Positions 37,294 through 46,493 of a stretch of 46,493 bases of DNA are shown piece after piece (position 1 is the first letter of the stretch; the number at the start of each line of letters is the position of its first letter). The notes beneath the pieces were generated by a model, which did not search any database, had not been told where the DNA came from, and saw nothing but the letters and a program-made list of their open reading frames with translations. Position numbers and translations under genes: made by a program. This stretch comes from Crocinitomicaceae bacterium (GTDB lineage: Bacteria > Bacteroidota > Bacteroidia > Flavobacteriales_D > Crocinitomicaceae): positions 1 through 46,493 of the forward strand of contig JAHEMP010000001.1 of the NCBI GenBank assembly GCA_024643585.1, read 5' to 3'.

Positions 37294-40200
37294 TTATACT
37301 CTCATTCCAATGACCAAGATATCATCTGTTTGTTCAAAGTCGCCCTTCCAATCGTTCAAGAATTGTTCAATGATTTTTCCTTGGGCATTCATAGGAAGGT
37401 GGTTGTTTTCCTCAATCACTTGTAGGAATCGTTTTGTCATCAATTTTTTATTCAGTTCTGAACCAAATTGATCAACATACCCGTCTGAGAAAATATAGAT
37501 AGTATCCCCTTTCTGCAATTGTCTTTCTTCCAAATCAAATTCTTTTGGGGCTGCAAATTGACCATTCATACCGCCTCCTATAGTCGATTTGGAGGATCTA
37601 ATCTTCTCGAAAACTCCATTTCTGAATATCCAAATTGGACGAAGCGCTGATGCCATTTTTAGAATTAAGGTATCTAAATGAATTTCGCAAATCGCCATGT
37701 CCATACCATCTTTACCGTCGTCAGGCCCATTGAATTGGTGCAAAGTCTTATTAATTTCGTTATCCAATGTAGTCAGTACTTTTGACGGACAACTAATACC
37801 TTTTCTATCGACAATTTCTTTTAAAGTTACGAAACCAATCAAACTAATAAAAGCCCCAGGCACACCATGACCAGTGGCATCGGCAACCGAAACGATTACT
37901 CGGTTATCAAATTTTTCAAAGTAATAGAAATCTCCACTTACCTTGTCTTTGGGCTGCATGAAGATGAACGAATCAGGCATGATTTCACGTAAACTTTCCT
38001 GGTCTGGTAAAAGAGATTTTTGAATCCTCACTCCATAGTTAATACTGTCTTGCGTTTCCGTAAACTGAGCTTTTATTTGATTCTTTTGTCTTTCAATTTC
38101 TTTTGTCCGTATGGCCAACTTGACTTCAAGATCATCCTTTTGTCGCTTCAAAGACTGTGTTCTATAACTTACGACTAGCGCAACAAACCCCACGATAATG
38201 GCAAACATTAACAATAAGAACCACCAATCTTTCCACAAAGGTCTTTTGACGGTAATTTCAGCAATTTGATACGTTTTCGTCCACTCTCCTTTACCAATTC
38301 TAGAGCGAACTTCAAGAATATAGTCATTGTCAGGTAACTGTGTATATTCTGCGAAATTTTCCAATGTAGGTTCAGACCATTTATTGTCCAAGTTTTTAAG
38401 CCTATACTGATAAAAAACTTCTCCAGGGTTGGACAAAGAAATGGCTCTGAAATTAACTCTTACTTTGTTTTTGAAAGAAGGTAAATAAACCTTTCCGGCC
38501 TGTTTAACAATTCTATCATTAGAATAAATTGATATAACAACTGGACTGTATTGTTCCGTATTGAATTTGTCGTGAAAAATTGAAAATTGAAGTACACCAT
38601 TACTCGTTCCAAACCAAAGATTTTGATAATCATCTGAATTAACTGCATTTAAGTAGAAATCCATCTGAATTTTGTTTCTTTTGTCATATCGCTGGACAAC
38701 CTTTTCATTCATATTAATTCTAGAAAGCCCGCCGCTATGCCCACACCATATCGTATTCTTTTTATCCAAAGACAACTGATAAATGAAATTTGAATAAAGA
38801 CCATTATCCGTGTCAATTTGAGTTAAATTATTTTTGTTTAAATGCAACAAGCCCTGACCATTCGTAGCCATCCAAATACCTCCTCTCCTATCCTCGATAA
38901 AAGCCATTATTTCAAGCATTCCAAATGAATCATTCTTCTTGAATTCTTTTATCTGATCGTTTAACAAATAAAATATGCCCGAAGAAACAGTCGCAATAAG
39001 CAGTTTTCCATCCGACTTTAAGAAAGTAGAATTGATCGTATTGTGGGGCAAACCATTTGCGGTCGTGAAGGACCTAAATTTACCCGTACTCAGTTCAACT
39101 TGATATAAACCATTGAGGGTACTGACATAGATTTTATCATTCACAATATTCAAATGTCGAATAGATTTGGACAGATTGTCTTGTGATAAAACAAGTCGAG
39201 ACAATTTTTTATCACCCTTACGGGCGTAAAATATTCCGTTTGATTTTGTTCCTATGTAAATGGTTTTATTTTCCCTGTCGTATTCAATTGCTTTTATTCT
39301 GTCGCGAGGTAATTGACTGTTCAATTCCCATGGATAAATAGTATCGTTCTCATTATCAATCACGACAATTCCATTTTCCATTCCACAATACTGTTTCAAT
39401 GGTCCGGCAATACTATAGACATACGTTCCTAAACCGAATTTTTCTAAATCATATTGAACCAAAAAATTACTGTTTAACTTTATTAAGCCTTGTCCGTAAC
39501 TTCCAAGCCACATATTAGACTCCCTGTCAATGAAAATATCAGTAATGTATTCACTTGGAAGTCCTTTGTTCCTATCCAATTGTGACCTTTTGTAATATTT
39601 CCCAGTTTCCGTATTTCTCTTTATTTCAAATACGCCAATTTGATAGGCTGAAATCCAAATTGAACTCAATCGATCGTAACAAATGGATTTAACATTTGCA
39701 TCGTCTAACTCTGGACCTAGGTTTATTTTTTTTAATCCATCTTTGTTATTGTAAATGTAAAGGCCACTATTTCCTGTGCCGAGAAATAAATTATCATTTC
39801 CGATACACATGCTTTCAATGGAATCATCATTAACATTTAAAGATCGAATAGTCTTTATTTTTCCTTTGGCTATTTCAAAAAGTTGTATGCCAGATTCATG
39901 AGCGGCAACAAAATTATTCTTATACACCATTAATTTTGTGTAGAGATGACCTTCTTCCAATTTATAATGAACAGGCGGCTTGTCATTGGAAATTTCTAAT
40001 ATTTCCCCATTTTGATAAAAAGCATAAACAATGTCAGATACTTCTATTAAAGTTATTACTGGTGTATTGTTTTCTGGAAATTGAATTCGATTTTTTAATT
40101 TACCATTCGCATAGCGAAAAATACCTCCACTATTTGAGCCCAAATAAATCGATTCATCTTTTGCAATTAAAATTGATTTGAAAAATGGCTCCTTTATTTC

Positions 40201-40413
40201 GTTTTTTCTATCAATTCGTTGAAATGAAATTCCATCAAACTTATACGCGCCTTCACTTGAAGTAAAGCACAAATAACCTTCTCCATTTTGGTTTATCGAG
40301 TAAATGTATGGGTGTTGAATACCATTGGATTCATTAAAAACAGAAAACGAAAATTCTTGGCTAAATGAAAACGTAGCTATAAGGAGAGATATGGAAAAGA
40401 GAAGACGATTCAT
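37294..40413 (-). CDS. Sensor phosphatase: signal peptide, two-component-regulator beta-propeller repeats, Y_Y_Y domain, TM helix, coiled coil and a PP2C/SpoIIE phosphatase domain
   Basis: Propeller repeats include NMWLGSYGQGLIKL, IWMATNGQGLLHL and LWFGTSNGVLQF. Y_Y_Y domain FYQYRLKNLDNKWSE. TM helix WWFLLLMFAIIVGFVALVVSY (aa ~729-750). PP2C motifs SGDFYYF, DATGHGVPGA, DGMDMA, SDGYVDQ and DDILVIGMRV. Confidence 0.8.
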   Translation of the reverse strand: MNRLLFSISLLIATFSFSQEFSFSVFNESNGIQHPYIYSINQNGEGYLCFTSSEGAYKFDGISFQRIDRKNEIKEPFFKSILIAKDESIYLGSNSGGIFRYANGKLKNRIQFPENNTPVITLIEVSDIVYAFYQNGEILEISNDKPPVHYKLEEGHLYTKLMVYKNNFVAAHESGIQLFEIAKGKIKTIRSLNVNDDSIESMCIGNDNLFLGTGNSGLYIYNNKDGLKKINLGPELDDANVKSICYDRLSSIWISAYQIGVFEIKRNTETGKYYKRSQLDRNKGLPSEYITDIFIDRESNMWLGSYGQGLIKLNSNFLVQYDLEKFGLGTYVYSIAGPLKQYCGMENGIVVIDNENDTIYPWELNSQLPRDRIKAIEYDRENKTIYIGTKSNGIFYARKGDKKLSRLVLSQDNLSKSIRHLNIVNDKIYVSTLNGLYQVELSTGKFRSFTTANGLPHNTINSTFLKSDGKLLIATVSSGIFYLLNDQIKEFKKNDSFGMLEIMAFIEDRRGGIWMATNGQGLLHLNKNNLTQIDTDNGLYSNFIYQLSLDKKNTIWCGHSGGLSRINMNEKVVQRYDKRNKIQMDFYLNAVNSDDYQNLWFGTSNGVLQFSIFHDKFNTEQYSPVVISIYSNDRIVKQAGKVYLPSFKNKVRVNFRAISLSNPGEVFYQYRLKNLDNKWSEPTLENFAEYTQLPDNDYILEVRSRIGKGEWTKTYQIAEITVKRPLWKDWWFLLLMFAIIVGFVALVVSYRTQSLKRQKDDLEVKLAIRTKEIERQKNQIKAQFTETQDSINYGVRIQKSLLPDQESLREIMPDSFIFMQPKDKVSGDFYYFEKFDNRVIVSVADATGHGVPGAFISLIGFVTLKEIVDRKGISCPSKVLTTLDNEINKTLHQFNGPDDGKDGMDMAICEIHLDTLILKMASALRPIWIFRNGVFEKIRSSKSTIGGGMNGQFAAPKEFDLEERQLQKGDTIYIFSDGYVDQFGSELNKKLMTKRFLQVIEENNHLPMNAQGKIIEQFLNDWKGDFEQTDDILVIGMRV

Positions 40414-40417
40414 AAAC

Positions 40418-41389
40418 TTATTTTATCGGCTTAGGCTTAATCTTTGATTTATAAAATGGCACCCCACCAATTGGTATAGTATAAAATGGCAACATTTCTC
40501 CGTATTGATTTGTAATGTAAAAAACGACATTATTATTTGGAGAATTAGAACCCGGTTTTTTAATAAATTGAATGTCGTATGATTTGCCTTTTTCTACCTC
40601 TACAATTTTATGAGAGCTGCTTGCCCATTTGTCATCTCCGGATCCTACAGCATACTCACCTTTTTTTGCAACCGAAACAATTTTAATTTTGCCATCGTCG
40701 TCCCAATCGAAATTACTTTGCTTAAGTGAAATAACCGCTTCATCAATGTAAGGATAAATGTGGCTGACTTGACTTGAAGAACTGTGGAGTCTAAAACAAT
40801 ATTCAAAAGTAAAAGAGTTACCACCTTCAATTTGTCTATTTTCATCAGCAGAGCTGCTCAAAAAATATCTATACAAATTACCATCGTTACCAGAGATTCC
40901 TTCGGCAATCACCTTAAAAACAAATCCACCATATTTTTCTTCAAACTCCCCTTCATTCGGATTAAATGGTCCAAATGTGTACCAATCATTGTCGTATTTG
41001 GTGTCGGCGCCGAAAGTTTTCATTTTCAATAAATTTCCACTTTTAAAATTGCCTGTTGGCGAAGTTGAACGCGCATCTTTATCGGTGATACAACCTTTTC
41101 CACCATAAACAGAAAAAGTTGTTTTAGTATCGGCTGGTCCATTTAACTCATCGTTTTTTCCGACTATATCAGGATCAAAGACACGAATGTAAATTGGTTT
41201 TATTTGACTTTTGGGTATGACAAAGAAAAATGTTTGTGCAAAATCATCATCTCCGAAATCGGTATCCGCTCGATTGCCAAATGTAACCAAGAATGGAATA
41301 TTTTCTTCTGCAGCTGGAACTGGCTGAGCATAAATCAAAAAAGGAAATATGCCCAATACAGCAATAAGAAGTATGTTTCGAAATGTCAT
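40418..41389 (-). CDS. Secreted hypothetical protein (323 aa, beta-rich, Asp-rich loops)
   Basis: Signal peptide MTFRNILLIAVLGIFPFLIYAQ. I recognise no family motif. The stop lies 4 nt before the sensor phosphatase start. Confidence 0.55.
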   Translation of the reverse strand: MTFRNILLIAVLGIFPFLIYAQPVPAAEENIPFLVTFGNRADTDFGDDDFAQTFFFVIPKSQIKPIYIRVFDPDIVGKNDELNGPADTKTTFSVYGGKGCITDKDARSTSPTGNFKSGNLLKMKTFGADTKYDNDWYTFGPFNPNEGEFEEKYGGFVFKVIAEGISGNDGNLYRYFLSSSADENRQIEGGNSFTFEYCFRLHSSSSQVSHIYPYIDEAVISLKQSNFDWDDDGKIKIVSVAKKGEYAVGSGDDKWASSSHKIVEVEKGKSYDIQFIKKPGSNSPNNNVVFYITNQYGEMLPFYTIPIGGVPFYKSKIKPKPIK

Positions 41390-41490
41390 TTTACTATTTA
41401 TGAATCTTTTAAGGCCTAATAACGATTTACTTAACCTATATTAAGCTAATGTAATAATATGTTTACGGAATAAAGGCATTTAAGTTATAC

Positions 41491-42843
41491 TTATTGAATT
41501 TTTAACTCTTTCGAGGTGCAAATTCTGAATTCTTCGCCATTTAGGTAATACACCCGTCCAACTGATATTGTGTAAAGGCCTGTTTTTTGGTATTTGTGCA
41601 AAACCGCTTCACCAATGTTAAAACTCCCATCACCCAAATCCCAATAATAAGTTGAACTGTCCGCTAATGTTTCGTCAGAAACCTTAAAATCAATGATATC
41701 TCCTGCAAATGCCTCTTGAGGGAAATCCAATTCCAATTGAACGGGGTCAATTATTTCTAATTCATAGGATGTCTCTTGAGAAATCATTTGATTCGTTTGA
41801 TTGTCAATTATTTTTAATGTGACTTCAAACACTCCTGCTTTTTGATAACAATGTTCAACTTCAATTTCATCGTAAGTCGCCCCGTCACCCATTGACCACA
41901 TGTAGGAATATTGCAATGAGTCTTTTAAATCCGAGTATTCGTCTTCAAATTCAAAGCATCGAGAAACGGGTATGGATGAAAAACATTCAAATTTTGGTAG
42001 GTTGGCCGTCAATTCAAAAACATCATCGCTACCATCTCTGTTCGAAGAAAAGAAAAATGTTTTTCCATCACTAATGACCTTGAAGTCGTCGTGCACTGAA
42101 TTAAATGGCTCGGCAAGAAGTACGTTTTTGTCATATTTCCCATTTATCAATGAATTTGAATACAAATCAAAGCCCCCAAAACCGTCGCTTTTATTGCTGG
42201 AAAAATATAAAACGCCATTAAAAATACTTGGATATCTTTCATTTTTATCAGAATTTATTGGATTCCCGAGGTTTTCAAATTTTATCCAATCGCTATTGTA
42301 ATCTTTTGCCATGTACAAATCCAACCCGCCTTTTCCACCGGGCATATCTGAAGAGAAGTATAGGGTATCTCCTCCTGATGAGACGAAAGGATCAATAAAA
42401 TTAAATTGCTCCATGTTTTTGATGAGCAAAACGGGTTTAGACCAAATCCCTCTGATTTTTTCGGTTTTAAATATGCCAAAGGTCGTCGCTGTTTCCGTTT
42501 GTCTTCCGCTAAACAATATCAAATTTCCTTCTGGGTTGACGTAGAACGAACCTATGTGATTATAAAAATCAATATCTACCAATCGTGGGGTGCCGAATTT
42601 CTTTTTTTTGCGCGAGCAATAATAAATGCTTGTTAGGTTATTGTATTCGCTATCAACAATTTTTTTTGAGGTTACGGTGGCGTAATCCGAAACAAAAAAG
42701 GCACCTGTTTTTGTGGTAATAAAATTGTACTCAGAAAATAATCGAGATGAAACATCACATTTTTGAAACGTAATAATAGAACTTTCTTGTGAATGTAATG
42801 TACATCCAAACAATGTGAAAAGTAAAAAACAATAGTTTCTCAT
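41491..42843 (-). CDS. Lipoprotein with TolB-like (PD40) repeats and two C-terminal PKD domains
   Basis: Lipobox-like LFGC. PD40-like ERYPSIFNGVLYFSSNKSDGFGGFDLY and FFFSSNRDGSDDVFEL. PKD domains YMWSMGDGATYDEIEVEHCYQKAGVFEVTL and YYWDLGDGSFNIGEAVLHKYQKTGLYTISV. Confidence 0.7.
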   Translation of the reverse strand: MRNYCFLLFTLFGCTLHSQESSIITFQKCDVSSRLFSEYNFITTKTGAFFVSDYATVTSKKIVDSEYNNLTSIYYCSRKKKKFGTPRLVDIDFYNHIGSFYVNPEGNLILFSGRQTETATTFGIFKTEKIRGIWSKPVLLIKNMEQFNFIDPFVSSGGDTLYFSSDMPGGKGGLDLYMAKDYNSDWIKFENLGNPINSDKNERYPSIFNGVLYFSSNKSDGFGGFDLYSNSLINGKYDKNVLLAEPFNSVHDDFKVISDGKTFFFSSNRDGSDDVFELTANLPKFECFSSIPVSRCFEFEDEYSDLKDSLQYSYMWSMGDGATYDEIEVEHCYQKAGVFEVTLKIIDNQTNQMISQETSYELEIIDPVQLELDFPQEAFAGDIIDFKVSDETLADSSTYYWDLGDGSFNIGEAVLHKYQKTGLYTISVGRVYYLNGEEFRICTSKELKIQ

Positions 42844-43757
42844 CAGAAATACCTCGGATTAAAAGTATCAACTTTTTTTCTGAGTTCAAATCTAACCATT
42901 ATTTCATGCGATCCTGAACTTATCCTAACTATGTCTGATAAAGGATAACCATAACTGTATCCAATATCAAATTTGCTATTGAAACGAAAACCAACCAACC
43001 CGACGATTGCATCTTTATGTCTATAAGATACTCCGGCCCACAACCTTTCTATATAGTAAAAACTCGTATTTAAATCGATTTGATATGCATTGGATATCAT
43101 GGCCTTTATTAAGAAAGAGGGTTTCCAAGAAATGTCTTTGTTAATTTTAATTATTCCGCCAGAGGTGAGCATGAATACAGTTCTATTTATATCGAATTGA
43201 AAAATATCGCTGCCAACAACACTTGATGATAGTTGATTTGAAAATAACTTCGGTGCAGAAAAACCTACGTAATAACTTTTCGTGTAATAATATAATCCTG
43301 CTCCAATGTTTGGAACACTTTTCATTTGCACATTTTCTTGAAAAGCCGCGTCAACCGTATTTGTTTGAACATCCGAATTTCGGACACTAAAAAAGTTAAC
43401 ACCAGCATCGATACCGAAAGACAAGCGCTGCGTTTTTGTAAGTTTCAAATTATAAGCGTAAGAAGGGAAAATTCCAATTTGATTTTGAACGCCAATAATA
43501 TCGCTGAAAATATTAATCCCAACGGAATGCTGATTATTAAGAGGAGAATGCACAGATAAAAAATCCGTCGTTGGCGCTCCTTTAAAACCTGTCCATTGAG
43601 AAGAATGAATGCCAATTGCACTCAAACATTCTCTAGTACCAGCATAAGCAGGATTTATTGCCAACCCATTCAACATATACGAATTGTACTGAGGACTGAA
43701 TTGAGCCATTGTTGGCAGTGCCATCATAAAACAAAAGATTTGTATTATTCGCTTCAT
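42843..43757 (-). CDS. PorP/SprF-family type IX secretion system membrane protein
   Basis: Signal peptide, then FSPQYNSYMLNGLAINPAYAG, typical of the PorP/SprF N-terminus. Beta-barrel-like composition, ending in F. ATGA overlap with the upstream cargo gene. Confidence 0.85.
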   Translation of the reverse strand: MKRIIQIFCFMMALPTMAQFSPQYNSYMLNGLAINPAYAGTRECLSAIGIHSSQWTGFKGAPTTDFLSVHSPLNNQHSVGINIFSDIIGVQNQIGIFPSYAYNLKLTKTQRLSFGIDAGVNFFSVRNSDVQTNTVDAAFQENVQMKSVPNIGAGLYYYTKSYYVGFSAPKLFSNQLSSSVVGSDIFQFDINRTVFMLTSGGIIKINKDISWKPSFLIKAMISNAYQIDLNTSFYYIERLWAGVSYRHKDAIVGLVGFRFNSKFDIGYSYGYPLSDIVRISSGSHEIMVRFELRKKVDTFNPRYF

Positions 43758-46493
43758 CTTTTAATAATCAAATAACCTTTGTACATATCTACGTTGTCTA
43801 AATCCAGAATGTAAAAATAAGTGTCATCCGGCAAATTTTCACCTGATTTGGATTTACCATCCCAATTATTTTCATATTCCTTAGAATGGAAAACCACATT
43901 GCCCCAGCGGTTGAATACCTGCAACTCAATTTTATCATAGTTTCCTATACCTTCAATAAAAAATTCATCGTTATCCCCATCACCATTTGGTGAAAAACCA
44001 GAAGGAATAAATAAATTCTGTGCCTTTATTTCTACAGTATCTGTTTTCACTGGGCAAACTCCACTGGTAACTTTCCAAACCAGTAAAGTAATACCAGGAG
44101 GTAATTGCTCAACCATCGTTTTGGGGTTGTTTTCATCGTTAAAATAAACCACGTTGTCAACATAATCCCACGTTCCTATTTCAGAACCAACCAAGTCTGT
44201 TGCATCTAAATATGTTTTATCTGTTTGATAGATAAATTGGTCGATACCAGCTGATATTTGCCCTATTGGACTATAAAAATCAATGTCAACGGTATCAGCA
44301 TCCAAGCATATTTCATTTTTTTCTGTTAAAATAAATTGATAAGAACCGAACGCGGTATCTACAAAAGTGAATGGAAACGTGTTACTCAGTACTCCAAAAG
44401 AAGGTGAATACAATTCCGATACACCAGAACTTAATATGGGATCAAAAACAAAAGTATCTCCGCATAAACTTGTATCTGAGACAGCTAGGTTAGTAACTGG
44501 TGAAGTAATTACTCTCACCGGTAATGAATCCGAAATGTAAAATGTGCAACCGTTTAAATCACTTAATGAATCGAGAAATAAAATGCCACTGCTATTTGGG
44601 ACGAAGTTTAAGGTATAGCTCAGACCAGTTACACCTATAACATCTTGATTAATAGCTCCATACATGAGATATAGACTAAAAGGAGCATCGCCAGTTAGTG
44701 AGATATTCACCGCTAAATTTTCACCTGAGCAAATCGAATCCTTTATACTTAAAATATTTGCAGAAGCATTATTCAATACCGTCACTAAAATTACATTGCT
44801 TATTGAATCTTGTGATGGGCATGTATTGTTCATAACCCTTCGTCGGTAATAAACACTTGATGTCAAATATTCTGTAAAATAATCGTTTTGATTACCATTT
44901 GAAGGAACGGCGGTGAAAGAAATATTGTCATTCGAATTTTCCCAGGTAAAGCTATTATTCCCAAATCCCCCTGAGATTGGCATACCCGATAAAAGAACGG
45001 AATCCGAACCATAGCAGACGGTGGTATCTGAAAATATTAGGTTACCTGAAATTGGCAGTGGCACACTAATAGCGACGGTATTGGAATATGAATCAGGACA
45101 AAATCCTCCTTCTACAATCCTCCTATAATACATTGTATCTGTTAAGATTCCTGGATTGTAAGATGGCATTGAAGCTCCTGTAATTATTGTCCATCCAGAT
45201 GAATTACTAGAATCTATGTTTTGCTCCCATGAAATAGCGTACCCATTTGAAGCAGGAGCTCCTTGAATTGAATTTGGTGCTGTACCATAGCATATTGTTG
45301 TATCTCCAACAATGTTGTTTGAATTGACAGGTTGATCAACGGTAATTGTATTTATTGAAGATGTGTCATTTCCACACACACTGCCTGAAACAATTCGTCG
45401 GTAAAAAGTAGTTTGCACTATATTCCCTGACGAATAATAAATTGAATCTGAAGTTATTCCAACCGCATCATTCCAGCTGCCTCCTGCAATACTGTCTTGC
45501 CATTGATAATACAACAATCCATTGTAACCCCCTAAAGCCGTGGTACCCACAATTGTGTCCGGTGTCGTTGACGAACAAATGGATTGGCTGGTTGAAACAA
45601 TTAAATTGTTTGTAATTGGCTGATGAACAGTGATTTTCACTACTAGACTAGCTAAAAAACCACATGCGCCTGATTGTACTTTTCTTCGAAAAAAGGTGGT
45701 TGACGTCAAGATTGGTGTGGTGTAGTTTTGCTGATTGTTGGGATTAAAATTGTTTGCCGGTCCCCATACTATGCTATCCGAACTCTGCTCCCACAAGTAG
45801 ATGTAGGATCCACCATTGGTCGGAATAGATGCATTTATCGTTAAGCTCGTTCCTTGGCAAATACTCTGTGAGGGGGTTGTTATTGTATTTCCTGTCATCG
45901 GTGCATCGACTGTAATCGTGTCGCTCAAAACCCAATTTGGACAAGCTGCCGTTTTGACATTTCTTCTATATTTTGTTACTAATGCCAAGGCTAAAGCATT
46001 GTAATCTTCTGTCGTTACAGGAGGACCCAAACTAGCAAATGCGGAACCATTTTGACTATATTCCCAATTGTAAATGTATGCTCCACCTCCTCCAGAAGGT
46101 ACATTTCCATCCATAAATACAGTAGGCCCAATCGGACACACCGTATTGCTAGTTAGAATATCATTATTCGTGATTGTCTGAAAAACGGTTATTGTAGCGG
46201 TTCCAGCAACGGCACTGCTGCAAGCAAAAGATTCAAAAGATGTCAACTGATATGTTTTCGTTGACAATGGCGAGACATAAACAGAATAAGAATTTACGGA
46301 TAAAGGTCCAACTGAAAACGTATCTGTTCCATCGGTATAGTCAAAAAGAAATGGTGCGTTTCCGGTTAGAGTGAAAGTCAACAAACTAGAATCCCCAACA
46401 CACATTGAATTCGAACCAGCAATCGTTGCCAATCCTGGCACGCAGGCATATTTTCCCCAAAAGGCATTATCATTTGCTGGAGCCGTTTTTGAT
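43754..46493 (-). CDS. Very large T9SS type B cargo / adhesin (5' end lies outside the window)
   Basis: The frame stays open past the GTG at 46441 to the window edge. Five ~93-aa repeats (ITNNxI...IC.G...Y.W..S...YRR.V). The C-terminal 86 aa, FIPSGFSPNGDGDNDEFFIEGI...NRWGNVVF...DDTYFYIL, form the gliding-motility-associated (type B) sorting domain. Confidence 0.85.
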   Translation of the reverse strand, partial: SKTAPANDNAFWGKYACVPGLATIAGSNSMCVGDSSLLTFTLTGNAPFLFDYTDGTDTFSVGPLSVNSYSVYVSPLSTKTYQLTSFESFACSSAVAGTATITVFQTITNNDILTSNTVCPIGPTVFMDGNVPSGGGGAYIYNWEYSQNGSAFASLGPPVTTEDYNALALALVTKYRRNVKTAACPNWVLSDTITVDAPMTGNTITTPSQSICQGTSLTINASIPTNGGSYIYLWEQSSDSIVWGPANNFNPNNQQNYTTPILTSTTFFRRKVQSGACGFLASLVVKITVHQPITNNLIVSTSQSICSSTTPDTIVGTTALGGYNGLLYYQWQDSIAGGSWNDAVGITSDSIYYSSGNIVQTTFYRRIVSGSVCGNDTSSINTITVDQPVNSNNIVGDTTICYGTAPNSIQGAPASNGYAISWEQNIDSSNSSGWTIITGASMPSYNPGILTDTMYYRRIVEGGFCPDSYSNTVAISVPLPISGNLIFSDTTVCYGSDSVLLSGMPISGGFGNNSFTWENSNDNISFTAVPSNGNQNDYFTEYLTSSVYYRRRVMNNTCPSQDSISNVILVTVLNNASANILSIKDSICSGENLAVNISLTGDAPFSLYLMYGAINQDVIGVTGLSYTLNFVPNSSGILFLDSLSDLNGCTFYISDSLPVRVITSPVTNLAVSDTSLCGDTFVFDPILSSGVSELYSPSFGVLSNTFPFTFVDTAFGSYQFILTEKNEICLDADTVDIDFYSPIGQISAGIDQFIYQTDKTYLDATDLVGSEIGTWDYVDNVVYFNDENNPKTMVEQLPPGITLLVWKVTSGVCPVKTDTVEIKAQNLFIPSGFSPNGDGDNDEFFIEGIGNYDKIELQVFNRWGNVVFHSKEYENNWDGKSKSGENLPDDTYFYILDLDNVDMYKGYLIIKR
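44777..46183 (-). repeat. Five tandem ~280-bp coding repeats (Ig-like modules) in the type B cargo gene
   Basis: Residues ~87-555 of the visible ORF. Each unit starts with a (Q/D)P(I/V)xxNxI motif and ends with YRRxV...C...I(T)V. Confidence 0.7.

Noticed and set aside
1-46493. CRISPR arrays, transposases, IS inverted repeats, restriction-modification, toxin-antitoxin or known defence genes
   Set aside because: I found no spaced direct-repeat arrays in the intergenic DNA and no ORF with motifs for a transposase, integrase, methylase, reverse transcriptase or nuclease-NTPase.

Overview
Chromosomal segment of a low-GC Bacteroidota genome, probably Flavobacteriia-like. The evidence is type A and type B T9SS C-terminal sorting domains, a PorP/SprF gene and TAnnTTTG-type promoter boxes. 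Most of the window is housekeeping: aroB, proline dehydrogenase, a pyrR-like gene, murQ, clpC, gyrA, rpsA, smpB, recR, mscL, lpxB, surE and glyA. It also holds a 399-nt tmRNA gene (ssrA, minus strand 21616-22014) that the ORF track cannot show. Accessory content consists of three things. First, four large surface or secreted proteins: two T9SS type A cargos, one type B cargo, and one adhesin with a dockerin-like tail. Second, a tightly coupled six-gene membrane-lipid operon (25150-29499). Third, a two-gene module in which an unknown secreted protein is coupled to a propeller/Y_Y_Y/PP2C sensor phosphatase (37294-41389), next to a T9SS type B cargo/PorP/TolB-PKD operon. I found no CRISPR array, transposase, integrase, phage gene or recognisable defence or toxin-antitoxin gene, so most of the window looks ordinary. 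The best candidates for undescribed biology are the UbiA-containing lipid operon and the orphan sensor-phosphatase module. Lesser candidates are a rhomboid-TPR protein that seems to lack the catalytic Ser/His and is coupled to proline dehydrogenase, and an RRM protein with a long acidic tail. All family assignments come from motif reading by eye, with no database search.
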